64,000 bases of DNA from the human T2T-CHM13v2.0 reference genome, Homo sapiens, in assembly GCF_009914755.1 (NCBI RefSeq), contig NC_060928.1. The stretch is one strand, 5' to 3'. The notes under the pieces were generated by a model. It had not been told where the DNA came from and ran no database searches. It saw only the letters and a program-made list of their open reading frames with translations. The translations under genes and the position numbers were made by a program. Below, in pieces: positions 1 to 13,100 of this stretch. Every line of letters begins with the position of its first letter. Position 1 is the first letter of the stretch.

Positions 1-3000
1 GTATATAATACATACTTTGGGTACTTTGATATTTTATGTACAGTATATAATACATACATTGGGTAATTTCATATTTTATGTACAGTATATAATATATAGT
101 TTGGTTACTTTGATATTTTATCTACAGCTTATAATACATACTTTGGATACTTTGATACTTTATGTACAGTATATAATACATAATTTGGGTACTTTGTTTT
201 TTTATGTACAGTATACAATATATAGTTTGAGTACTTTGATATTTTATGTGCAGTATAAAATATATAGTTTTGGTACTTTCATATTTTATGTACAGTATAT
301 AGTTTGAGTACTTTGATATTTTATGTACAGTTTTTTATAAATGTTTGGGTGCTTTCATATTTTATGTACAGTATATAATACATACTAAGGGCACTTTGAT
401 ATTTTATGTACAGTATATAATACATACCTTGGGTACTTTGATATTTTATGTACAGTATATAATACATAGTTTGGGTATTTTGATACTTTATGTACAGTAT
501 ATAATACATACTTTGGGTACTTTGATATTTTATGTACAGTATATAATACATACTTTGGGAACTTTGATATTTTATGTACAGTATGTAGAACATACTTTGG
601 GTACTTTGATATTTTATGTACAGGATATAATGCATACTTTGGGTACTTTGATAGTTTATGTACAGTATATAATACATACTTTGGGTACTTTGATATTTTA
701 TGTATAGTATAAAATATATAGTTTGGGGACTTTGATATTTTATGTACAGTATGTAAAACATACTTTGGGGAGTTTGATATTTTATGTACAGTATGTAAAA
801 CATACTTTGGGGAGTTTGATATTTTATGAACAGTATATAATACACATTTTGTGTACTTTGATATTTTATGTAAAGTATATAATACATACTTTGGGTACTT
901 TGATATTTTATGTACAGTATATATTACATACTTTGGGTACTTTGATATTTTATGTACAGTATACAATATATAGTTTGAGTACTTTGATATTTTATGTACT
1001 GTATAAAATATATAGTTTTGGTACTTTGATATTTTATGTACAGTATATAGTTTGAGTACTTTGATATTTTATGTACAGTTTGTTATAAATATTTTGGTGC
1101 TTTCATATCTTATGTACTGTATATAATACATGCTTTGGGCACTTTGATATTTTATGTACAGTATATAATACATACTTTGGGTACTCTGGTATTTTATGTA
1201 CAGTGTATAATACATACTTTGGGTACTTTGATATTTTATGTACAGTATATAATACTTACATTGGGTACTTTGATATTTTATATACAGTATATAATACATA
1301 CTTTGTGTACTTTGATATTTTATGTACAGTATATAATACATACTTTCGGTACTTTGATATTTTATGTACAGTATATAATATATAGTTTGGGTACTTTGAT
1401 AATTTATGTACAGTGTATAACACATACTTTGGGTACTTTGATATTTTATGTACAGTATATAATACATACTTTGGGTACTTTGATATTTTATATACAGTAT
1501 ATAATACATACTTTGGGTACTTTCATATTTCATGTACAGTTTATAATATATAGTTTGGGTACTTTGGTATATTATGTACTGTATATAATACATACTTTGG
1601 GTACTTTGATATTTTATGTACAGTATATAATACATACTTTGGGTACTTTGATATTTTATGTACAGTATACAATATATACTTTGACTACTTTGATATTTTA
1701 TGTCCAGTATAGAATATATAGTTTTGGTAGTTTGATATTTTATGTACAGTATATAGTTTGAGTACATTGATATTTTATGTACACTTTATTATAAATGTTT
1801 GAATACTTTCATATTTTATGTACAGTATATAATACATACTTTGGGCACTTTGATATTTTATGTACAGTATACAATACATACTTTGGGTACTTTGATATTT
1901 TATGTACAGTATATAATACATAATTTGGGTACTTTGATATTTTATGTACTGTATATAATGCATACTTTGGGTACTTTGATGTTTTATGTACAGTATATAA
2001 TACATACTTAGGGTACTTTGACATTTTATGTGCAGTACATAATACATACTTTGGATACTTTGTTATTTTAAATACAGTATGTAATACATATTTTGGGTAC
2101 TTTGATATTTTATGTACAGTATATAATACATACTTTGGTACTTTTATATTTCATGTACAGTATATAATATATAGTTTGGGTACTTTGATATTTTATGTAC
2201 AGTATATAATACATAGTTTGGGTATTTTGATATTTTATGTACAGTATATAATACATACTTTGGGTACTTTGATATTTTATGTTCAGTATATAATATATAG
2301 TTTGGGTACTTTGATAATTTATGTGCAGTATATAACACATACTTTCGGTAGTTGGATATTTTATGTACAGTATATAATACATACTTTGGGTACTTCGATA
2401 TTTGATGTACAGTATACTATATATAGTTTGGGTACTTTGATATTTTATGTCGGGTACAAAATAAATAGTTTTGGTACTTAGATATTTTATGTACAGTATA
2501 TAGTTTGAGTACTTTGATATTTTATGTACAGTTTATTATTAATGGGTGCTTTCATATTTTATGTACAGTATATAATACATACTATGGGCACTTTGATATT
2601 TTATGTACAGTATATAATACATACTTTGGGTACTTTGATATTTTATATACACTACATAATACATACTTTGGGTACTTTGATATTTTATGTACAGTACATA
2701 ATATATAGTTTGGGTACTTTGATATTGTATGTGCAGTATATAACACATACTTTCGGTACTTGGATATTTTATGTACAGTATATAATACATAATTTGGGTA
2801 CTTCCATATTTTATGTACAGTATGCTATATATACTTTGGGTACTTTGATATTTTATGTCCAGTAAAAAATAAAAAGTTTTGGTAATTCGATATTTTATGT
2901 ACAGTGTATCGTTTGAGTACTTTGATATTTAATGTACAGTTTATTATAAATATTCGGGTGCTTTCATATTTTATGTACAGTATATAATACATACTTTGAG

Positions 3001-5840
3001 CACTTTGATATTTTATGTACAGTATATAATACATACTTTGGGTAATTTGATATTTTATGTACAGTATATAATACATACATTGGGTACTTTGATATTTTAT
3101 GTACAGTATATAATATATAGTTAGGGTACTTTGATATTTTATATACAGTATATAATATATATTATGTGTACTTTGATATATTATGTACAGTATATAATAT
3201 ATAGTTTGGGTAATTTGATATTTTATGTACAGTATACAATATATAGCATTGGTACTTTGATATTTCATGTAAAGTATATAGTTTGAGTACTTTGATATTT
3301 TATATACAGTTTATTATAAACGTTTGGGTACCTTCCTATTTTATGTAGAGTATATAATACATACTTTGGGAACTTTTATTTTATGTGCAGTATATAATAC
3401 ATACTTTGGGTACTTTGATATTTTATGTACAGTATATAATACATACTATTGGTACTTTGATATTTTATGTACAGTATACAATATATAGTTTGAGTACTTT
3501 GATATTTTATGTCCAGTATAAAATATATAGATTTCATACTTTGATATTTTATGTACTGAATGTAGTTTGAGTACTTTGATATTTTATGTACACTTTATTA
3601 TAAAAGTTTGGGTACTTTCATATTTTACGTACAGTATATAATACATACTTTGGGCACTTTGATGTTTTATGTACAGTATATAATACATACTTTGGGTTCT
3701 TTGATATTTTATGTACAGCATATAATACATAATTTGGGGACTTTTATATTTTATGTACATTATATTATACATACTTTGGGTACTTTTATATTTTATGTAC
3801 GGTATATAATACACACTTTGGGTACTTTGATATATTATGTACAGTATATAATACATACTTTGGGTACTTTGATATATTATGTACAGTATATAATACATAC
3901 TAAGGGTACTTTGACATTTTATGTACAGTACATAATACATACTTTGGGTACTTTGATATTTTATGTACAGTATATAATGCATACTTTGGATACTTTGATA
4001 TTTTATGTACAGTATATAATACATACTTTGGGTACTTTTATATTTTATGTACAGTATATAATATATAGTTTGGGTACTTTGATATTTTATGTACGGTATA
4101 TAATACATACTTTGGGTACTTTGATATTTTATGTACAGTATATAATACATACTTTGTGTACTCTGATATTTTATGTACAGTATACAATATATAGTTTGAA
4201 TACTTTGATATTTTATGTACTGTATAAAATATATAGTGTTCGTACTTTGATATTTTATGTACAATATATAGTTTGAGTACTTTGATATTTTATGTACAGT
4301 TTTTTATAAATGTTTGGGTGCTTTCAAATTTTATGTACAGTATATAATACATACAAAGGGCACTTTGATATTTTATGTACAGTATATAATACATACTTTG
4401 GGTACTCTGATATTTTATATACAGTGTATAATACATACTTTGGGTACTTTGATATTTTATGTACAATATATAATACATACGTTGGCAACTTTGATATATT
4501 ATGTACAGTATATAATACATACTTTGGGTACTTTGATATTTTATCTACAGTATACAACACATAGTTTGTGTACTTTGATATTTTAGGTACAGTATATAAT
4601 ACATACTTTGGGTACTTTGATATTTTATGTACAGTATATAATACATACATTGGGTACTTTCATATTTTATGTACAGTATATAATATATAGTTTGGTTACT
4701 TTGATATTTTATCTACAGCTTATAATACATACTTTGGATACTTTGATACTTTATGTACAGTATATAATACATAATTTGGGTACTTTGTTATTTTATGTAC
4801 AGTATACAATATATAGTTTGAGTACTTTGATATTTTATGTGCAGTATAAAATATATAGTTTTGGTACTTTCATATTTTATGTACAGTATATAGTTTGAGT
4901 ACTTTGATATTTTATGTACAGTTTTTTATAAATGTTTGGGTGCTTTCATATTTTATGTACAGTATATAATACATACTAAGGGCACTTTGATATTTTATGT
5001 ACAGTATATAATACATACCTTGGGTACTTTGATATTTTATGTACAGTATATAATACATAGTTTGGGTATTTTGATATTTTATGTACAGTATATAATACAT
5101 ACTTTGGGTACTTTGATATTTTATGTACAGTATATAATACATACTTTGGGAACTTTGATATTTTATGTACAGTACGTAGAACATACTTTGGGTACTTTGA
5201 TATTTTATGTACAGGATATAATGCATACTTTGGGTACTTTGATAGTTTATGTACAGTATATAATACATACTTTGGGTACTTTGATATTTTATGTATAGTA
5301 TAAAATATATAGTTTGCGTACTTTGATATTTTATGTACAGTATGTAAAACATACTTTGGGGAGTTTGATATTTTATGTACAGTATGTAAAACATACTTTG
5401 GGGAGTTTGATATTTTATGAACAGTATATAATACACATTTTGTGTACTTTGATATTTTATGTAAAGTATATAATACATACTTTGGGTACTTTGATATTTT
5501 ATGTACAGTATATATTACATACTTTGGGTACTTTGATATTTTATGTACAGTATACAATATATAGTTTGAGTACTTTGATATTTTATGTACTGTATAAAAT
5601 ATATAGTTTTGGTACTTTGATATTTTATGTACAGTATATAGTTTGAGTACTTTGATATTTTATGTACAGTTTGTTATAAATATTTTGGTGCTTTCATATT
5701 TTATGTACTGTATATAATACATGCTTTGGGCACTTTGATATTTTATGTACAGTATATAATACATACTTTGGGTACTCTGATATTTTATGTACAGTGTATA
5801 ATACATACTTTGGGTACTTTGATATTTTATGTACAGTATA
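1..5840 (+). repeat. Direct repeat at offset 4591 bp (1-~1250 matches 4592-~5840)
   Basis: ORF-track pairs 17/4608, 345/4936, 723/5314 and 1135/5726 all differ by 4591 and share rare variants (TCTACAGCTTAT, GTAGAACAT, CAGGATAT), with a few substitutions. Confidence 0.85.
206..407 (+). repeat. Punctuation cassette (first example of ~105): two variant 42-mers, a 35-bp monomer, a 41-bp monomer, and usually a GGGCAC monomer
   Basis: 206-247 contains TACAATATATAGTTTGAG. 248-289 contains TAAAATATATAGTTTTGG. 290-324 is the 35-mer GTACAGTATATAGTTTGAGTACTTTGATATTTTAT. 325-365 is the 41-mer GTACAGTTTTTTATAAATGTTTGGGTGCTTTCATATTTTAT. 366-407 is the GGGCAC monomer. The same order recurs across the window. 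Confidence 0.92.
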
Positions 5841-6026
5841 TAATACATACATTGGGTACTTTTATATATTATGTACAGTATATAATACTTACTTGGGGTA
5901 CTTTGATATTTTATGTACAGTATATAATACATAGTTTGTGTACTTTGATATTTTATGTACAGTATGTAGTACACACTTTGGGTACTTTGATATTTTATGT
6001 ACAGTATATAATACATACTTTGGGTA
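1686..6026 (+). repeat. ~4.3-kb block duplicated at ~19290-23631 (offset 17604/17605) and ~26570-30911
   Basis: Pairs 2110/19715, 2524/20129, 3608/21213, 4608/22213 and 5726/23331 differ by 17605. They share rare variants GTCGGGTACAAAATAAA, ATTATTAATGGG and CCAGTAAAAAATAAAAAG. Confidence 0.9.
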
Positions 6027-7148
6027 TCTTGATATTTTATGTACAGTATATAATGCATACTTTGCGTCCTTTGATATTTTATGTACAGTATATAATGCAT
6101 ACTTTGGGTACTTTGATATTTCATGTACAGTATGCAATACATACTTTGGGTACTTTGATATTTTATGTATAGTATATAATACATACTTTGTGTAGTTTGA
6201 TATTTTATGTACAGTATACAATATATAGTTTGAGTACTTTGTTATTTTATGTGCAGTATAAAATATATAGTTTTCGTAATTGATCTTTTATGTACACAAT
6301 ATAGTTTGAGTACTTTGATATTTTATGTACACTTTATTATAAATGTTTGGGTACTTTCATATTTTATGTACAGTATATAATACATACTTTGGTCTCTTTG
6401 ATGTTTTATGTACAGTATATAATACATACTTTGGGTTCTTTGATATTTTATGTACAGAATATAATGCATAGTTTTAGGTACTTTTATATTTTATGTACAG
6501 TATATAATACATACTTTGGGTACTTTGATATTTTATGTACAGTATATAATACATACTTTGGGAACTTTGATATTTTATGTACAGTATGTAATACATACTT
6601 TGGGTACTTTGATATTTTATGTACAGTATATAATACATACTATTGGTACTTTGATATTTTATGTACAGTATACAATATATAGTTTGAGTACTTTGATATT
6701 TTATGTCCAGTATAAAATACATAGATTTCATACTTTGATATTTTATGTACAGAATATAGTTTGAGTACTTTGATATTTTATGTACACTTTATCATAAAAG
6801 TTTGGGTACTTTCATATTTTACGTACAGTATATAATACATACTTTGGGCACTTTGATGTTTTATGTACAGTATATAATACATACTTTGGGTTCTTTGATA
6901 TGTTATGTACAGCATATAGTACATAATTTGGGGACTTTTATATTTTATGTACATTATATAATACATACTTTGGGTACTTTTATATTTTATGTACGGTATA
7001 TAATACATACTTTGGGTACTTTGATATATTATGTACAGTATATAATACATACTTTGGGTACTTTGATATATTATGTACAGTATATAATACATACTTAGGG
7101 TACTTTGACATTTTATGTACAGTACATAATACATACTTTGGGTACTTT

Positions 7149-10100
7149 GATATTTTATGTGCAGTAACCTATGTATAGTTTGGGTACTTTGATATTTTAT
7201 GTCCAGTATAAAATAAATAGTTTTGGTACTTTGATATTTTATGTACAGTATATAGTTTGAGTACTTTGATATTTAATGTTCAGTTTATTATAAATGTTTG
7301 GGTGCTTTCATATTTTATATACAGTATATAATACATACTTGGGGCACTTTGATATTTTCTGTACAGTATATAATACATACTTTGGGTACTTTGATATTTT
7401 ATGTACGGTATATAATACATACATTGGGTACTTTGATATTTTATGTACAGTATATAATATATAGTTTGGTTACTTTGATATTTTATATACAGTATATAAT
7501 ATATATTATCTGTACTTTGATAAATTATGTACAGTATATAATATATAGTATGGGTTGTTTGATATTTTATGTACAGTATATAATATATAGTTTGGGTAGT
7601 TTGATATTTTTAGTACAGTATGTAATATATAGTTTGTTTTATTTGATATTTTATGTACAGTATACAATATATAGTGTTGGTACTTTGATATTTCATGTAA
7701 AGTATATAATTTGAGTACTTTGATATTTTATATGCAGTTTATTATAAATGTTTGGGTACCTTCATATTTTATGTACAGTATATAATACATACTTTGGGAA
7801 CTTTTACTTTATGTGCAGTATATAATACATACTTTGGGTACTTTGATATTTTATGTACAGTATATAATATATACTTTGGGAACTTTGATATTTTATGTAC
7901 AGTATGTAAAACATACTTCGGGTACTTTGATATTTTATGTACAGTACATAATACATACTATTGGTACTTTGATATTTTATGTACATTATACAATATATAG
8001 TTTGAGTACTTTGATATTTTATGTCCAGGATAAAATATATAGATTTCATACTTTAATATTTTATGTACAGAAGATAGTTTGAGTACTTTGATATTGTATG
8101 TACACTTTATTATAAAAGTTTGGGTACTTTCATATTTTACGTACAGTACATAATACACACTTTGGGCACTTTGATGTTTTATGTACAGTATATAATACAT
8201 ACTTTAGGTTCTTTTATATTTTATGTACAGCATATAATACAAAATTTGGGGACTTTTATATTTTATGTACATTATATAATACATACTTTGGGTACTTTTA
8301 TATTTTATGTACGGTATATAATACATACTTTGGGTACTTTGATATATTATGTACAGTATATAATACATACTTTGGGTACTTTGATATATTATGTACAGTA
8401 TATAATACATACTTAGGGTACTTTGACATTTTATGTACAGTATATAATACATACTTTGGGTACTTTGATATTTTATGAACAGTATATAAAACATACTTTG
8501 GGTACTTTGATATTTTATGTACTGTATATAATACATACTTTGGGTACTTTTATATTTTATGTACAGTATATAATATATAGTTTGGGTACTTTGATATTTT
8601 ATGTACGGTATATAATACATACGTTGGGTACTTTGATATTTTATGTATAGTATATAATACATTCTTTGGGTACTTTGATATTGTATGTACAGTATACAAT
8701 ATATAGTTTGAGTACTTTGATATTTTATGTACAGTTTTTTATAAATATTTTGGTGCTTTCATATTTTATGTACAGTATATAATACATACAAAGCGCACTT
8801 TGATATTTTATGTACAGTATATAATACATACTTTGGGTACTCTGATATTTTATGTACAGTGTATAATACATACTTTGGGTACTTTGATATTTTATGTACA
8901 ATATATAATACATACGTTGGGAACTTTGATATATTATGTACAGTATATAATTCATACTTTGGGTACTTTGATATTTTATGTACAGTATATAATACATAGT
9001 TTGTGTACTTTGATATTTTATGTACAGTATATAATACATACTTTGGGTACTTTGATATTTTATATACAGTATATAATACATACTTTGGGTACTTTCATAT
9101 TTTATGTACAGTATATAATACATACTTTGGGTAGTTTGATATTTTATGTACAGTATACAATATATAGTTTGAGTACTTTGATATTTTATGTGCAGTATAA
9201 AATATATAGTTTTGGTACTTTGATATTTTATGTACAGTTTATAGTTTGAATACTTTGATATTTTATGTACAGTTTATTATAAATGTTTGGGTACTTTCAT
9301 ATTTGATGTACAGTATATAATACATAATCTGGGCACTTTGATATTTTATGTACAGTATATAATACATACTTTGGGTACTTTGATATTTTATGTACAGTAT
9401 ATAATACATACTTTGGGTATCTTGATATTTTATGTACAGTATATAATGCATACTTTGGGTTCTTTGATATTTTATGTACAGTATATAATGCATACTTTGA
9501 GTACTTTGATATTTTATATACAGTATATAATACATACTTTGGGTACTTTCATATTTTATGTACAGTATATAATACATACTTTGTGTAGTTTCATATTTTA
9601 TGTACAGTATACAATATATAGTTTGAGTACTTTGATATTTTATGTCCAGTATAAAATATATAGTTTTCGTAATTGATATTTTATGTACAGAATATAGTTT
9701 GAGTACTTTGATATTTTATGTACACTTTATTATAAATGTTTGGGTACTTTCATATTTTATGTACAGTATATAATACATACTTTGGTCTCTTTGATGTTTT
9801 ATGTACAGTATATAATACATACTTTGGGTTCTTTGATATTTTATGTGCAGAATATAATGCATAGTTTTAGGTACTTTTATATTTTATGTACAGTATATAA
9901 TACATACTTTTCGTACTTTGATATTTTATATACAGTATATAATACATACTTTGGGTACTTTTATATTTTATGTACAGTATATAATACATACTTTGGGTAC
10001 TTTGATATATTATGTACAGTATATAATACATAATTTGTCTACTGTGATATATTATGTACAGTATATAATACATACTTTGGGTACTTTGATATTTTATGTA

Positions 10101-13100
10101 CAGAATATAATGCATACTTTGGGTACTTTGATATTTTATGTACAGTATATAATACATACTTTGGGTACTTTGATATTTTATGTACAGTATATAATACATA
10201 CTTTGGTACTTTTATATTTCATGTACAGTATATAATATATAGTTTGGGTACTTTGATATTTTATGTACAGTATATAATATATAGTTTGGGTACTTTGATA
10301 TTTTATGTACGGTATATAATACATACTTTGGGTACTTTGACATTTTATGTATAGTATATAATACATACTTTGGGTACTTTGATATTGTATGTACAGTATA
10401 CAATATATAGTTTGAGTACTTTGATATTTTATGTACTGTATAAAATATATAGTTTTGGTACTTTGATATTTTATGTATAGTATATAGTTTGAGTACTTTG
10501 ATATTTTATGTACAGTTTTTTATAAATATTTGGGTGCTTTCTTATTTTATGTACAGTATATAATACATACTAAGCGCACTTTGATATTTTATGTACAGTA
10601 TAGAATACATACTTTGGTTACTCTGATATTTTATGTACAGTGTATAATACATACTTTGGGTACTTTGATATTTTATGTACAATATATAATACATACGTTG
10701 GGAACTTTGATATATTATGTACAGTATATAATTCATACTTTGGGTACTTTGATATTTTATGTACAGTATATAATGCATAGTTTGTGTACTTTGATATTTT
10801 ATGTACAGTATATAATACATACTTTGGGTACTTTGATATTTTATATACAGTATATAATACATACTTTGGGTACTTTCATATTTTATGTACAGTATATAAT
10901 ATATAGTTTGGGTACTTTGATATTTTATCTACAGCTTCTAATACATACTTTGGGTACTTTGATATTTTATGTACAGTATATAATACATACTTTGGGTAGT
11001 TTGATATTTTATGTATAGTATACAATATATAGTTTGAGTACTTTCATATTTTATCTGCAGTATAAAATATATAGTTTTGGTACTTTGATATTTTATGTAC
11101 AGTTTATAGTTTGAGTACTTTGATATTTTATGTACAGTTTATTATAAATGGTTGGGTACTTTCATATTTGATGTACAGTATATAATACATAATTTGGGCA
11201 CTTTGATATTTTATGTACAGTATATAATACATACTTTGGGTACTTTTATATTTTATGTTCAGTATATAATACATAATTTGGGTACTTTGATATTTAATGT
11301 ACAGTATATAATACACACTTTGCGTACTTTGATATTTTATGTAAAGCATGTAATACATACTTTGGGCACTTTGATATTTTATGTACAGTATGTAATACAC
11401 ACTTTGGGTACTTTGATATTTTATGTACAGTATGTAAAAGATACTTTGGGTAGTTTGATATATTATGTACAGTATATAATACATACTTTGGGTACTCTGA
11501 TATTTTATGTACAGTGTATAATACATACTTTGGGTACTTTGATATTTTATGTACAGTATATAATACATACATTGGGTACTTTGATATATTATGTACAGTA
11601 TATAATACTTACTTGGGGTACTTTGATGTTTTATGTACAGTATATAATACATACTTTGTGTACTTTGATATTTTATGTACAGTATATAATACATACTTTG
11701 GGTACTTTGATATTTTATGTACAGTATATAATACATACTTTGGGTATCTTGATATTTTATGTACAGTATATAATGCATACTTTGGGTACTTTGATATTTT
11801 ATGTACAGTATATAATGCATACTTTGAGTACTTTGATATTTTATGTACAGCATGTAATACATACTTTGGGTACTTTGATATTTTTTGTACAGTATGTAAT
11901 ACATAATTTGGGTACTTTAATATTTTATGTATAGTATATAATACATACTTCGGGTTCTTTGATATTTTATGTACAGTATATAATACATACATTGGGTACC
12001 TTCATATTTCATGTACAGTATATAATATATAGTTTGGATACTTTGGTATATTATGTACTGTATATAATACATACTTTGAGTACTTTGATATTTTATGTAC
12101 AGTATATAATACATACTTTGCGTACTTTGATATTTTATGTCCAGTATAGAATATATAGTTTTGGTAGTTTGATATTTTATGTACCGTATATAGTTTGAGT
12201 ACTTTCACATTTTATGTACAGTTTATTATAAATGTTTGGGTGTTTTCATATTTTATGTACTGTATATAATACATACATTGGGCACTTTGATATATTATGT
12301 ACAGTATATAATACATACTTTGGGTACTCTGATATTTTATGTACAGTATATAATACACACTTTGGGTACTTTGATATTTTATGTACAGGATATAATGCAT
12401 ACTTTGGGTACTTTGATAGTTTATGTACAGTATATAATACATACTTTGGGTACTTTGATATTCTATGTATAGTATAAAATATACAGTTTGGGTACTTTGA
12501 TATTATATGTACAGTATGTAAAACATACTTTGGGGAGTTTGATATTTTATGTACAGTATGTAAAACATACTTTGGGGAGTTTGATATTTTATGAACAGTA
12601 TATAATACACATTTTGTGTACTTTGATATTTTATGTACAGTATATAATACATACTTTGGGTACTTTGATATTTTATGTACAGTATATAATACATACTTTG
12701 GGTACTTTGATATTTTATGTACAGTATACAATATATAGTTTGAGTACTTTGATATTTTATGTACTGTATAAAATATATAGTTTTGGTACTTTGATATTTT
12801 ATGTACAGTATATAGTTTGAGTACTTTGATATTTTATGTACAGTTTGTTATAAATATTTGGGTGCTTTCATATTTTATGTACTGTATATAATACATGCTT
12901 TAGGCACTTTGATATTTTATGTACAGTATATAATACATACTTTGGGTACTCTGATATTTTATGTACAGTGTATAATACATACTTTGGGTACTTTGATATT
13001 TTATGTACAGTATATAATGCATACATTGGGTACTTTGATATATTATGTACAGTATATAATACTTACTTGGGGTACTTTGATATTTTATGTACAGTATATA

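Noticed and set aside
35-56. Hairpin TATGTA-N10-TACATA in each monomer
   Set aside because: A 6-bp stem with one GC pair is too weak to call a structured RNA, terminator or cruciform.
766-815. G-runs (GGG, GGGG) as possible G-quadruplex or telomere-like TTTGGG/TTAGGG motifs
   Set aside because: G-tracts are ~42 bp apart, and TTAGGG appears only as isolated single-base variants of TTTGGG.
3599-3606. TATAAAAG TATA box in type-e cassettes
   Set aside because: Expected by chance in 76% AT sequence, with no other promoter evidence.
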